In this document: in pieces, positions 42,370-52,500 of the stretch
Position numbering within the stretch: position 1 is the stretch's first letter
How the letters are laid out: every line of letters starts with the position of its first letter
Assembly: GCA_963665095.1 (NCBI GenBank)
Contig: OY762069.1
Coordinates: forward strand, 2,912,001 to 2,976,000
Source of the DNA: an uncultured Desulfobacter sp.
GTDB taxonomy: Bacteria > Desulfobacterota > Desulfobacteria > Desulfobacterales > Desulfobacteraceae
Length of the DNA stretch: 64,000 bases
Direction of reading: 5' to 3'
The notes under the pieces: model-generated
Told to the model about the DNA's origin: nothing
The model's database searches: none
What the model saw: the letters and a program-made list of their open reading frames with translations, nothing else
Program-made: the position numbers and the translations under genes

Positions 42370-42507
42370 TCAGACCAATCGGGCCACGATACCGGCCCCA
42401 AGCATAATCAGGGTCATGAAAAAGAAGATCCGCCGTTCGGTTTCCTTTGAAAAATAGATTTTTGAATCCATTCTTTTTACCGGTATTTTCAATGTTAACT
42501 TTTTCAT
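42370..42507 (-). CDS. Small 45-aa membrane protein (absent from the ORF track)
   Basis: AGGAG RBS; MKKLTLKIPVKRMDSKIYFSKETERRIFFFMTLIMLGAGIVARLV*. Confidence 0.65.
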   Translation of the reverse strand: MKKLTLKIPVKRMDSKIYFSKETERRIFFFMTLIMLGAGIVARLV

Positions 42508-42533
42508 GTGTTTATCTCCTTATATCACTTTGA

Positions 42534-44384
42534 TCAGAATCCGGGCAGGGTGCCGAATCCTCTGAAGGTCCAGTAGATGCCGGTGAGCAGCAGTAATACC
42601 ACATTGGCGAAAAAGAACAGAGGGATACCGGCTCTTAAGTAATCTTTGGGCTCCAGGTAACCGCTGGCATATACAATGGCGTTGGGCGGCGTACCGATGA
42701 TCAGGCAGTAGGCAAAAGAGGATGCAATTGCCGTTGCCATGGCCATAAAGGGCAGATAAGAGCTGCCCGGATGTACCATGCCGGCCATGTTCAGGGTGAT
42801 GGGACCTACGGATGCGGCTGCAGGACCATCTGCCATGAGGTTGGTCAGAATGGCGGTCAGGCCGTTGGATACGGCCATAAGGGGCAAGCCTGAGTCCATA
42901 CCGAAGTTGGCGAGGAACTCAATGGCGGTCCTGGCCAGCCAGTAGGCAGCACCGGTTGAATCCAGGGTCCGGCCGAAGATGATGGCACCGGCATAGAGCC
43001 AGACAACACCCCAGTCCACTCTGTCCTGATAGTCACGCCAGTTGACCACGCCAGCCATGATGTAGGCGATGGCACCGGCCACGGCAATGACGCCGATTCC
43101 CAGGCGGACAGGATAAATACCGATCTGGTAGAATGCTTTTTCCGTGAACCAGCCAAACACCATGACCAGAAAGATGATCAATGCCCAGATCTGCTGTTTG
43201 TTCCAGGAACCCATGCGGTCGATTTCATGGCGCAGATGATCCATGGCAGGGGCCAGGGTCACAGTTTTGGGTCGGAACCGCAGGTTAATGACGAACCAGG
43301 AGATCGGAATCATCACAATCAGGAAGGGGAAGCAGTAGGTAACCCACTGAAAATATCCGATATCCACACCGAACATGTCTGTCAGATAGGTCATCATGAT
43401 AACGTTTCGGGCACCGCCGGAAGGCGCACCAGGCCCGCCGATATTACACGCCATGGCAATGGAGATCATCAACAGCTTGGCAAGCTCCTTGTCTTCGGGG
43501 ACCTCATCTGTCAGGCTGTTCTGGTAGAGTAGCATACCGATGGGCAGGAACATGGCTGCCAGGGCATGGTCTGAGATAAAGGCGGCCAACGGTGTAATGA
43601 TTAAAAAGAAGATCAGGGTAATCCATTTGGGATTGGGCACTGCCAGGCGTTTGAACATCATCATGCAGACCCGCTTGTCCACCCCTGTTTTTACAAAGGC
43701 GGCCGCAAACATCAAGGAACCCATGATGAACCAGCAGGCATCACTCCAGTAGAGCATGGCCACCTCCTGGCGGCTGACCACCCCTGTGAACACCAGAATC
43801 AACCCGATACAGAAGGCCACAGCCGGTAAAGGGATACACTCGGTGAGGAAGCATAATACAACGAAAACGCCCATGGCGACGGAAACTTTGATCTTCCATG
43901 CCCCTTTGTCGGCGGACGCCCTGTCTTTTTCCTTAAGATCTTCATATTTCAGCCCGGTTTTTCTCAACTCCAGGGCCTGCTTCATCAGGGCCTGGAAGTC
44001 AGCATCGCTGACCTGGGCCTCAACATAACCCTGCGCCTTTTTCAGGTTGTCGGACTGGGTCGGAATTTTGTATTTTTTACACCATTTGGCATCCCGTTTC
44101 AGGAAACGCTCCTTGCTCAAAGCGCCGATCTGCATATTCTGTTCCATGATCTGGGCGCACAAAAGCTGCCACTGGTCCACCTCACTGCTTTTCTTTGAAA
44201 AAAGCTGGGTTGTGATGTATGAAACGACTTTATTCTGGGCAACCGTGTACTCCATGCCCACATCCTTCATGCCGTACGGGGTTGGCATGAAAAGAACCGC
44301 AAAAAACAGCACCACTGGAACAATGAAGATCTTCCAGTCTATATATTTGTCATACCCGGTGACTTTCTTTTTTTCTTGTTTCAT
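42534..44384 (-). CDS. SLC13/DASS family anion transporter
   Basis: FISDHALAA, NIGGPGAPSGGARN, TNLMADGPAAA, IGTPPNAIVY. Confidence 0.9.
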   Translation of the reverse strand: MKQEKKKVTGYDKYIDWKIFIVPVVLFFAVLFMPTPYGMKDVGMEYTVAQNKVVSYITTQLFSKKSSEVDQWQLLCAQIMEQNMQIGALSKERFLKRDAKWCKKYKIPTQSDNLKKAQGYVEAQVSDADFQALMKQALELRKTGLKYEDLKEKDRASADKGAWKIKVSVAMGVFVVLCFLTECIPLPAVAFCIGLILVFTGVVSRQEVAMLYWSDACWFIMGSLMFAAAFVKTGVDKRVCMMMFKRLAVPNPKWITLIFFLIITPLAAFISDHALAAMFLPIGMLLYQNSLTDEVPEDKELAKLLMISIAMACNIGGPGAPSGGARNVIMMTYLTDMFGVDIGYFQWVTYCFPFLIVMIPISWFVINLRFRPKTVTLAPAMDHLRHEIDRMGSWNKQQIWALIIFLVMVFGWFTEKAFYQIGIYPVRLGIGVIAVAGAIAYIMAGVVNWRDYQDRVDWGVVWLYAGAIIFGRTLDSTGAAYWLARTAIEFLANFGMDSGLPLMAVSNGLTAILTNLMADGPAAASVGPITLNMAGMVHPGSSYLPFMAMATAIASSFAYCLIIGTPPNAIVYASGYLEPKDYLRAGIPLFFFANVVLLLLTGIYWTFRGFGTLPGF

Positions 44385-44407
44385 TCAATCAGCTCCTTGT
44401 CTTCGAA

Positions 44408-44860
44408 TTATTCGCGACCCTCTTTGAGAATTTCCCTGGGGGATTTCATATACTGTTTGGCCTGGGCTGACCGGATTTTCTCCTCCTGGGTCAAGCGCTT
44501 TGCAAAGGCCTGTTCCGCTTTTTCAATAATGTCCTCCACATCGGCCGGTTTCATAAGATAGTCCCAGGCACCTGATTTAAGCCCGTCTATGGCGGAGTCC
44601 ACCGTGGCATGGCCCGTAAGCATGATCACTTCTGTTAAAGGATATAACTCCTTAATGTGTTTAAGTGTTTCATTTCCGTCCATGCCGGGCATCTTGACAT
44701 CCAGGACCACCACGTGGATGTTGTGGGCAGCCATTGTTTTAAGGGCTTCTTCGCCGTTGGGGGCTGTCCACACCTCGTATCCTTTTCTTTGAATCAGTTT
44801 GCCGGTGGTCTCAAGATAGCGAGGTTCGTCATCTACCAGTAACAGTTTCATTTTCTCCAT
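44408..44860 (-). CDS. Stand-alone receiver-domain protein
   Basis: LVDDE, VLDVKMPGMDG, LTGHA, AWDYLMKP. Confidence 0.93.
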   Translation of the reverse strand: MEKMKLLLVDDEPRYLETTGKLIQRKGYEVWTAPNGEEALKTMAAHNIHVVVLDVKMPGMDGNETLKHIKELYPLTEVIMLTGHATVDSAIDGLKSGAWDYLMKPADVEDIIEKAEQAFAKRLTQEEKIRSAQAKQYMKSPREILKEGRE

Positions 44861-44874
44861 TTACGTTGCCTCCT

Positions 44875-46596
44875 TTAAGACGTTAGGTTTTCATATGCCG
44901 CAAGTCGGATGGAAAACACCGTGCCAAGACCTGGCTGGCTGTCCACCGCCATGGTGCCGCCAAAGCTTTCGATAATGCCGAAACATACCGAAAGACCTAA
45001 GCCTGTTCCGCGACCAACGGCTTTTGTTGTAAAAAAGGGTGAAAAAATTTTATCCATATGCTCGGGTTTAATCCCGCAGCCATTATCTTTAACCCGGACC
45101 TCCACCATGGTCTGACCCTTGTCGTTCTGATCAGCCTGTGCAGTGATCTCTATTTTCCCTCCTTTGACGCCGTGCTGTTCTGTTACAGCATGCATGGCAT
45201 TGTTAATCAGGTTGAGCATGACCTGTTGAAACCTTCCCGGATCGCCTGTGAAATACGGTATGTTTTCTTCAATCCTGGTGACCATTTCAATTCCTGAGGC
45301 TTTTGCCGAATTTTCCACCAGTTTAAGAATGTCCGGAATAACGATAGCCGGATCCATAGGTGCCTGTTTGACCTCTTTTTTCCTGCCGAATTTTAAAATG
45401 GCTGAGGTAATTTCGTGGCAGCGTTCCACCTGGAAGTGGATCTGGTCCACACTCTCCTGGATATCAGCGAATGTATTCTCACTGGGCTCTTTTCCATCTT
45501 CTGGATAAAGTTCATCCAGAAGAATTTTGAGCATGGCATATTCGCTCTTGATAATTTGAAGGGGATTGTTGATCTCATGGGCAAATCCAGCGGCCATCTC
45601 ACCGATCTCCGCTAACTGTACGGCCCGGATCAACTGGCTGCCCAGTTGTTCTTTCTCTTCATCCAGGCGGTCCATGCGTTTAATAATGCCCTCTGAGGTG
45701 ACATAGGCCAGAATAACCAGCGCAGTGAGCCCGAACAGAGCAATAAAGATGCAGATTAAAACAGCTGAATATAAGGCCCTGTATGCATCGTGCCGTTCCT
45801 GACGCACCACGAGGTACCACGATTTGTTGGTCAGTTTGGATACGGCATATAAAAAAGGTTGGCCTTTGGGTGAGAGTTGGAAGGTCTGCTGACTGGCGGA
45901 AAGGAACTGTCGCATCCACCCAAAGGCCGGATCTTTATCAAGAAGGGCAATATCTCCGGAGCGCCTGGCTGTCTGGGCCACACCCTCATGGTTCAAAATA
46001 TAAGCTTCCCCGGTTTTTCCCATGCGTACACCTGAGACCATGGTGTCAAAGAACTTTGTGTCAATGGTGGCGCGAAGTACCCAGGTCTGGTTGTCTTCTG
46101 TTTTCTGGACCGCAACCACAAAATGGGGGATATTCCGGTAGCCCAGGAATACATCACTTATATAAAAGCCACGGGTCATGGTTTTCTGAAACCATGGCTC
46201 ATCTGTATAGCTTTTTCCGGCCAGTGCATAACTGCCCGAATATCTCAGGTGCTTGCCCGTATTATCAAAAAGGCCCAGATCAACAAAGGCCCGGGATCGT
46301 GCCTGCAGGCTTTGACAGATCTCTTCAATGGCACCATCACCCCTGATCTGCTCAAAGGAATACACCCGGGTGATCAGTTCAAGATCGGCCTTTCTTTCTA
46401 ACAGAAAGGATTCGATCATCTTGCGATGGTCTGTTAATGTCCTTTCCAGGCTGGCCTGGGTGGATTTATCCAGGGTTGAGGAGAAAAAGTAGAAACTGAT
46501 CCCTACAACAATGATAAAAGGAATCATGGGGAAAAACGTCATGTTCAGAAAAATTACTCTTTTCAGCCGCTGTCTGTTCTGTTTTAATTCGCCCAA
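44875..46596 (-). CDS. Cache-domain sensor histidine kinase (TTG start)
   Basis: Two TM, FYISDVFLGYRNIPHF, FAHEINNPL, GRGTGLGL; paralog of 34071-35807. Confidence 0.93.
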   Translation of the reverse strand: MGELKQNRQRLKRVIFLNMTFFPMIPFIIVVGISFYFFSSTLDKSTQASLERTLTDHRKMIESFLLERKADLELITRVYSFEQIRGDGAIEEICQSLQARSRAFVDLGLFDNTGKHLRYSGSYALAGKSYTDEPWFQKTMTRGFYISDVFLGYRNIPHFVVAVQKTEDNQTWVLRATIDTKFFDTMVSGVRMGKTGEAYILNHEGVAQTARRSGDIALLDKDPAFGWMRQFLSASQQTFQLSPKGQPFLYAVSKLTNKSWYLVVRQERHDAYRALYSAVLICIFIALFGLTALVILAYVTSEGIIKRMDRLDEEKEQLGSQLIRAVQLAEIGEMAAGFAHEINNPLQIIKSEYAMLKILLDELYPEDGKEPSENTFADIQESVDQIHFQVERCHEITSAILKFGRKKEVKQAPMDPAIVIPDILKLVENSAKASGIEMVTRIEENIPYFTGDPGRFQQVMLNLINNAMHAVTEQHGVKGGKIEITAQADQNDKGQTMVEVRVKDNGCGIKPEHMDKIFSPFFTTKAVGRGTGLGLSVCFGIIESFGGTMAVDSQPGLGTVFSIRLAAYENLTS

Positions 46597-46654
46597 GGTC
46601 TGCCCCTTTTAAACCGTGTTAAAATAAGGTGTTCTTCTATCTGAATATGGGTAG

Positions 46655-46670
46655 AGCAACTATGGTGCCG
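46655..46670 (-). promoter_or_regulatory. Sigma54 (-24/-12) promoter
   Basis: CGGCACCATAGTTGCT; IHF consensus TATCAAATAGTTA at 46698-46710. Confidence 0.75.
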
Positions 46671-46787
46671 AGCGAAAAATTACAGCATAAAATTATTTAA
46701 CTATTTGATATAAAAAGATATATATACATACCGGCAAAGCACTCTGATGGGGGGTTATTTTCTGTTTCTGTCCATTGGATTTGCGGG

Positions 46788-46806
46788 GTGTAAAAAAAAC
46801 TGACAC
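46788..46806. promoter_or_regulatory. Candidate enhancer-binding-protein site
   Basis: Imperfect palindrome GTGTAAAAAAAACTGACAC ~120 bp upstream of the sigma54 promoter. Confidence 0.5.
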
Positions 46807-46966
46807 AGGGAAAAGCCTGGCACCAGACCTCGTAAAAACCACTCCGGGAAAGGGATCAGGCTGTATGAACCCATGGAAACCAGCAGGCTGATAAAACTGG
46901 GCCTGATATAAAGGCATCAGGGTTTTCCCCGGCAGTGTCCTGACAATATATTTAGGAGCATCAAAT

Positions 46967-48154
46967 ATGGTCCAAGAATCCTTGCCCCATCCTTTATATT
47001 ATGGCTGCCAGAGTGTAGATGATGAGGATATCGCTGCCGTGACTTCCGTACTGAGATCTGATTTTCTGACCACAGGGCCGGTGGTGGAAGCCTTTGAGCA
47101 ACGGCTGTGCGAAATCACAGGGGCAAAGTATTGCATTGCCTGTGCCAATGGTACGGCGGCACTGCACCTGGCCTGTATGGCCGTTGGTGTGGGGCCGGGT
47201 GACCTGGGTTTAACATCCCCCCTCTCCTTTCTGGCCTCGGCCAACTGCATAGAGTACTGCCGCGGGAAAGCAGATTTCATTGATATTGACAGCCAAAGCC
47301 TTTGCCTTAGCCCTGAAGGTCTGGCGGAGTACTGCCGGGACCATGAACCGCCCAGGGTGGTTATCCCGGTTGATTTTGCAGGGATACCTGCGGATTTGCC
47401 AGCCCTGGCGGCTCTGTCAAAACAATACGGGTTTGCCCTGATCGAGGATGCGGCCCATTCCCTGGGATCTTTCTATAAATACTGCGGCCGGCAATATGCC
47501 TGCGGTGCATGCGTCCATACGGATCTGGCGGTTTTTTCATTTCATCCGGTAAAAACCATTACCACAGCGGAAGGCGGCGCCGTGATGACAAACAACGAAG
47601 AACTGGCAGCCCGGGTCAGAGGATTTCGCAACCATGGCATGCAGCGTACTAAGGGTTTGTTGACAGAGCATGGCGGCTGGTTTTATGAAATGCATGAGCC
47701 AGGATTTAATTACCGGCTTTCAGATCTCCAGTGCGCCCTGGGGATCAGCCAGCTGAACAGGCTGGACCGGTTCAGAAAACGACGGCGGGAGATCGTCTCC
47801 CACTACAACCAGGCCTTTCGCAGCCATGACAGCTTGATCCTGCCCCCAAAGGCTCTTGCCGAAACCGCTTGTCCACATCTTTATCCCATTCGTATTAAAG
47901 CTGGGAACGAGGCAAGAAGACAGGTGTATGAAGCGTTGAAGGAAAACAATATTTTTTGTCAGGTACACTACATTCCCATCCATCTGCAGCCCTACTATGC
48001 CAGAAAGTATGGCTACACCAGAGGGAAATGCCCCAAAGCGGAAAGGTATTACTCCCGGTGCTTAAGCCTGCCGTTATTTCCAGCCATGTCCGATGATGAT
48101 GTCCGATGGGTGATAGACTCTTTTCTTGCCGCCCTTAAAAATGCCGGGGCGTAA
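46967..48154 (+). CDS. pseC: DegT/DnrJ/PseC-type sugar aminotransferase
   Basis: YGCQSVDDEDI..V..VLRSDFLTTGP, IEDAAHSLG, FSFHPVKTITTAEGG, GFNYRLSD. Confidence 0.8.
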   Translation: MVQESLPHPLYYGCQSVDDEDIAAVTSVLRSDFLTTGPVVEAFEQRLCEITGAKYCIACANGTAALHLACMAVGVGPGDLGLTSPLSFLASANCIEYCRGKADFIDIDSQSLCLSPEGLAEYCRDHEPPRVVIPVDFAGIPADLPALAALSKQYGFALIEDAAHSLGSFYKYCGRQYACGACVHTDLAVFSFHPVKTITTAEGGAVMTNNEELAARVRGFRNHGMQRTKGLLTEHGGWFYEMHEPGFNYRLSDLQCALGISQLNRLDRFRKRRREIVSHYNQAFRSHDSLILPPKALAETACPHLYPIRIKAGNEARRQVYEALKENNIFCQVHYIPIHLQPYYARKYGYTRGKCPKAERYYSRCLSLPLFPAMSDDDVRWVIDSFLAALKNAGA

Positions 48155-48293
48155 AATAATTGCAGCGTTTAAAAAAAAATCCGTGTATTCTGGCAGTCGT
48201 CATATAGCTGCTTTACGGTGGTACTGACTTATATAAAGATGGCGTACAGCCTTGAATCATGCACCTTTAAAAATTAAGAGGGAAAAAATAGAA

Positions 48294-48632
48294 ATGACCA
48301 AAATGGAAATTAATGCTGGTATCTGTGGGTTTAAAACAATTGTGACTGTGGAGGATAAAGATGATTATATGGCCTGTTTTCAGCTGGACACCCAGTGTCC
48401 CAACTGGAAAAAGGTGAACGATATTCTGGGTGGGAAAGAGATCAGTGTCATGGGCGAACTTTTTAAAGGGGGAGACGGCAAGCTGCATTCAAAAGTACTG
48501 GACACTGCACTTAACACCATCCCCCATGTCTCCTGCCCCGTTATATCAGGCCTCTTAAAAGCCCTGGAAGTAGGCGTTGGCCTGGCACTGCCCCGGGATG
48601 CCCATATCTGCTTTATAAATGATAAGCCCTGA
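48294..48632 (+). CDS. Conserved hypothetical Cys-containing protein
   Basis: INAGICGFKT, TQCP, HVSCPV...LEVGVGLALP. Confidence 0.7.
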   Translation: MTKMEINAGICGFKTIVTVEDKDDYMACFQLDTQCPNWKKVNDILGGKEISVMGELFKGGDGKLHSKVLDTALNTIPHVSCPVISGLLKALEVGVGLALPRDAHICFINDKP

Positions 48633-48715
48633 TTCCCTTACCCCACTCTCCTGAAAGCCTGCTTTATTGTTGCCTCAACGTCGAGGTTATCCAGAAGTTA
48701 TCACCGGCAAATCTC

Positions 48716-48755
48716 CAGCCATGGAGGAGGGCTGTGGCGCCCTCCTCCATGGTTG
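48716..48755. terminator. Hairpin between convergent genes
   Basis: CAGCCATGGAGGAGGGC / GCCCTCCTCCATGGTTG. Confidence 0.65.
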
Positions 48756-48772
48756 TTTCAACGGCAATCGCT

Positions 48773-49135
48773 TCAGGCAAAAATATCGCTTGGCTTATAG
48801 GGATGGGTCCCCTCTATCACTTCCACGCCTGCCTTGGCTTTAATCTTTGCAATAATGGTGTCCTTGTGCGGACAGTGGTCTGTGATACAGGGGGCAATAT
48901 GCACCTTGGTCGGTTTCTCCTCCATGGGTTTATTCCACAGGTTCACCTGGGCCAGGCGGGTGACGATGGCAGATCCGGGACAGTCCCCGCAATTAAGCAG
49001 TCCCATCAGTTCCGCGTCCTGATCATAGCGTTCAAACTCGCCAGCCCGGCGATTAAACCCCACCATACAGCGTGAGCAGCCAATACAAACGTCATCCATG
49101 GTCCTCTTGCAGCCAACAATCAATAGTTTTTCCAT
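48773..49135 (-). CDS. CGGC domain protein
   Basis: IVGC, CIGCSRC, CGDCPG, HIAPC..HCP, EGTH. Confidence 0.85.
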   Translation of the reverse strand: MEKLLIVGCKRTMDDVCIGCSRCMVGFNRRAGEFERYDQDAELMGLLNCGDCPGSAIVTRLAQVNLWNKPMEEKPTKVHIAPCITDHCPHKDTIIAKIKAKAGVEVIEGTHPYKPSDIFA

Positions 49136-49423
49136 ATACCCTCCAAATTATTTAAAAGGAACTTCAAGGGGTCAATTTAAGACTATGACCCATAGCCGAA
49201 AATAAAAATTGAAAATCAAAGCTGGATGTTACCCTTCATACTGCAAACAGAAGATAACTTAAGTACCCTGGAAAGATCAACAAAAGAATTGGGCCGCAAA
49301 TTTTTCACGGCCCTTTGAAATTTCTCTAAATTTCAGCACAGTTCAGCTGCAACTACTGCCAATATAAAGCGCTATTTTCCCGGCCGGAAGACCTGCAGAA
49401 AATCCAGGGAAAAATTAAAACGG

Positions 49424-50170
49424 TCAGATGCCGATAGGATCACCGCAGGCAAACCCGGGCTCATGTAACGCAATCAGGATGTCTGCCTCTTTTTTGACCT
49501 CTTCCATGATGTCATAGGCTGAATATACATCCACATGGGTGCCGGGCGGGATAACCTCCATCTCCATGCCCCTGATCTCCGGCGGTGGATTTAAGTTTTC
49601 GGCAATAATGCAGAACCCTGTGATGGCAGCTTTGCCCTTAGGGGTGTCAATGAATACGGTCAGCCCCCCTTTGGTATGCACGGGCGTATGTTTAACGCTG
49701 ATGCCGTCAACAATGGGGCCGTCTTGTGTTACCACTAAGATCTGCCCGTTCGCTTCAACATCTTCGATATAATCCTCCAGGTACCGGTAATCCAGCGGAT
49801 GGGGGTTGTGAACGGATTCAAGTTCCTGTTCGTGGACATAAAATACGGCATTTTCACACTTGTAGTCATTTTCGCAATGGTCGTTGTGCAAATGGGTATG
49901 AATGACGATATCAATATCTTCGGGGGTCAGTCCGTGTTTTTCCAAGCCCTGTTCAAAGGTATAGATTTTTCCATTTATGGCGGCTTCCCGTTCCGGAGAC
50001 TGGATGGGGTTCATCTCCCCTGTGTCCACCAGGATATTTTTGTCTCCCCCTTTGATGATCCAGGTAAAAATGGGTATGGTATAAGTCATACCCTGGCCGT
50101 GCTGGTAGGTCATCATGCTCTTGTCAAATATTTTGGTGCCCATGGCAACGGGATGAATGGTGTAGGTCAT
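49424..50170 (-). CDS. MBL-fold hydrolase (N-acyl homoserine lactonase family)
   Basis: ILVDTG, HTHLHNDH, HTPVHTKG; GGAG RBS. Confidence 0.85.
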   Translation of the reverse strand: MTYTIHPVAMGTKIFDKSMMTYQHGQGMTYTIPIFTWIIKGGDKNILVDTGEMNPIQSPEREAAINGKIYTFEQGLEKHGLTPEDIDIVIHTHLHNDHCENDYKCENAVFYVHEQELESVHNPHPLDYRYLEDYIEDVEANGQILVVTQDGPIVDGISVKHTPVHTKGGLTVFIDTPKGKAAITGFCIIAENLNPPPEIRGMEMEVIPPGTHVDVYSAYDIMEEVKKEADILIALHEPGFACGDPIGI

Positions 50171-50307
50171 GATATCTCCCAAAGATCTCAATTATTGGTG
50201 GATTTCAGGATACGCCTTTTTCCAGGAAAAACAAATGGGCCGGCAACTAATTTTGTGCCTGATCGAAAACATCCTGTTTGGATTCGCCCCCTTGCGTGGA
50301 CGACTAT

Positions 50308-52500
50308 TTAAGATGGGCGCTTTGACCGTGAAATCTTGGCCTCGTCAAAGGAGGCCATCTCACTCATGATTTTGCAGGCCAGATCTGCCGCGTCAATGGC
50401 AAGCGCCGCGCCTGTGCCCTCCCCCACCCGCATGGAGAAATCCACCACAGGCTCAAGCCCCATGAAAGACAAGGCGGCGGCCTGGGCTCTTTCCACGGAT
50501 TTATGCCCTGCGATGAGAAACTCTTTGATATCCGGGTTGATCAGATAGGCAATGAGCCCTGCTGCCGTGGAGATGACCCCGTCAAGCACCACGGCACACC
50601 CTTTTGAGGCGGCGGCAAGGGCAGCCCCTGCCATGCCGGCGATTTCAAACCCGCCCAGTTTCTGAAGGATCTCCAGCCCATTGGCCGGATCCGGATTCTG
50701 GAATTGAAGCACTTTTTCCAGCACCTCAATTTTGTGGGTCAGCCCCTTGTTGTCCAGGCCGGTCCCTCTGCCTGCGGCATCCGCCGGAGCAAAGCCCGTG
50801 GCCGCGCAGATAATGGCGGCCGCCGAGGTGGTATTCCCGATGCCCACCTCGCCAAGCCCCAAAATATCAATGGGTCTGTCAATGGGGTCCGTATCCGGGG
50901 GCTCCGCATTCAGGGGGGCCGCATTCAGGTCAAAAAAGACCTTCATGGCGTTTTCCAGAGCCAAAACCATCTCCTGCCGGGTCATGGCCGCCTGAAGGGC
51001 AAAATTTTTCGTGCCTTTAGCCACCTTGGCCATGATAAGGTCCGGATGGGGGGAGAACTCCTTGATGACGCCTAAATCCACGATTTTCATCTCAATCTCG
51101 TGGTGGCGGCAGAAAACATTGATGGACGCCCCGCCGTTAAGGAAATTGTCCACCATCTGGCCGGTCACTTCCGTGGGGTAGGCGGAAATCCCCTCTTCGG
51201 TGATGCCGTGGTCCCCTGCAAACACCAGCATGGCTTTTCGCCGGATCTTTGGATGCAGCGTATTCTGGATCAGGCTCATGCGCACCCCAATATCTTCCAG
51301 CCGCCCCAAGGCCCCCAAAGGTTTGCTCTTATCATCCATTTTAGCCACGGCCCGGGAAAGAAGGGCCTGATCCAAGGGGGTAATCCCTGAGATGGTTTCA
51401 TGGCAAAGGGCAGACTCTGTCCGGGATACCGTCCGGCTGCTTTGTGGCCGAGGTGTTTTCTGGGCATCAGCTTCAGGAGATATGACATCCACCGATGCCA
51501 GGCCACCGTCCTTTTTACCGTGCAACTCTCCTGAAAAATCCAGAATGTATTTCAGGTGTTTGCCGGACAGCACATTGGCCATCAAAGCGGGGGCCGACCC
51601 AGGCGGTACAATATCCTCCACCAGCAGCCGCAACTGCTTTTCATGGGCCTCAATAAAGGGAATCGCCTTTTCCATATCGCTTTTTTTCATACCATAGGCG
51701 CCTGTGACCACCATCTCCTTGTAGTGGATCAGGTTGAGCAGGTTGGTCTCAATGTTTTCATTTTTGGAGATCCCTGAAAAAAAACAGATATGCCCGGCCT
51801 TGCCGGTCTTGACCAGGGTCTGGCAAAAGGCGATATAATCGGGGCAGGCATTGATGGCCACCTCAAACTCACTGTCATGGGAATCTTTTTCCACACAGAT
51901 GTCGCAGGCAGAAATAAAAGGTGCCACCCGGTTGATCTTATCTTCATGTTTCTCCAGAACCAGAGGGGCAAACCCCTTCCATTTGGCATACAGCGCACAG
52001 ATCAACCCCATGGTCCCGCCGCCGAAAATCAGCACCCGTTGCCCGGAGACATCCGGCAGTTTTTCAAAACAGTTGACCACACACCCCACGGGCTCTGAAA
52101 AACAGGCCGCCACAGGATCCATACCGTCGGGAAGGGGGATCAGGCTCTCTTTGGGGGCGATCATCTGATGGGCAAACCCGCCGTCATTGTGAAAACCTGT
52201 GATCTTCATCTCCTCGCATAAATTTTCCCGGCCGTTGCGGCAATAGGCGCAGGTGCCGCAGCTTTTCCCGGGCCACACGGTAAAATAGCGGCCTTGTCTG
52301 TCCCGCACCGCCACCTCATGGCCCGGCACCCGGGGCAGAATCAGGTCCCGCTGGCCCTGTTCCCACATCTTGGCATCGGTGCGGCAAATGGCACAAGCCA
52401 GCACATCGAGCAGCACTTCATCCGGTCCCGGAACCAGCGCGTTTTCCTTCATGGGTTCAATTTCCAGGGAGGAAAGACCGGTCAGCACCATGCGTATCAT
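50308..52500 (-). CDS. cobT: Fusion of a Zn-dependent medium-chain dehydrogenase and nicotinate-nucleotide--dimethylbenzimidazole phosphoribosyltransferase
   Basis: N-part AICRTD, PGHE, CGTCAYC....NLC, GGGTMG; C-part KPLGALGRLE, FAGDHG, GEVGIGNTT, GEGTGA. Confidence 0.9.
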   Translation of the reverse strand: MIRMVLTGLSSLEIEPMKENALVPGPDEVLLDVLACAICRTDAKMWEQGQRDLILPRVPGHEVAVRDRQGRYFTVWPGKSCGTCAYCRNGRENLCEEMKITGFHNDGGFAHQMIAPKESLIPLPDGMDPVAACFSEPVGCVVNCFEKLPDVSGQRVLIFGGGTMGLICALYAKWKGFAPLVLEKHEDKINRVAPFISACDICVEKDSHDSEFEVAINACPDYIAFCQTLVKTGKAGHICFFSGISKNENIETNLLNLIHYKEMVVTGAYGMKKSDMEKAIPFIEAHEKQLRLLVEDIVPPGSAPALMANVLSGKHLKYILDFSGELHGKKDGGLASVDVISPEADAQKTPRPQSSRTVSRTESALCHETISGITPLDQALLSRAVAKMDDKSKPLGALGRLEDIGVRMSLIQNTLHPKIRRKAMLVFAGDHGITEEGISAYPTEVTGQMVDNFLNGGASINVFCRHHEIEMKIVDLGVIKEFSPHPDLIMAKVAKGTKNFALQAAMTRQEMVLALENAMKVFFDLNAAPLNAEPPDTDPIDRPIDILGLGEVGIGNTTSAAAIICAATGFAPADAAGRGTGLDNKGLTHKIEVLEKVLQFQNPDPANGLEILQKLGGFEIAGMAGAALAAASKGCAVVLDGVISTAAGLIAYLINPDIKEFLIAGHKSVERAQAAALSFMGLEPVVDFSMRVGEGTGAALAIDAADLACKIMSEMASFDEAKISRSKRPS

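Noticed and set aside
49347..49362. Sigma54-like TGGCAGTAGTTGCA upstream of the CGGC gene
   Set aside because: GG-to-GC spacing is 2 nt too short
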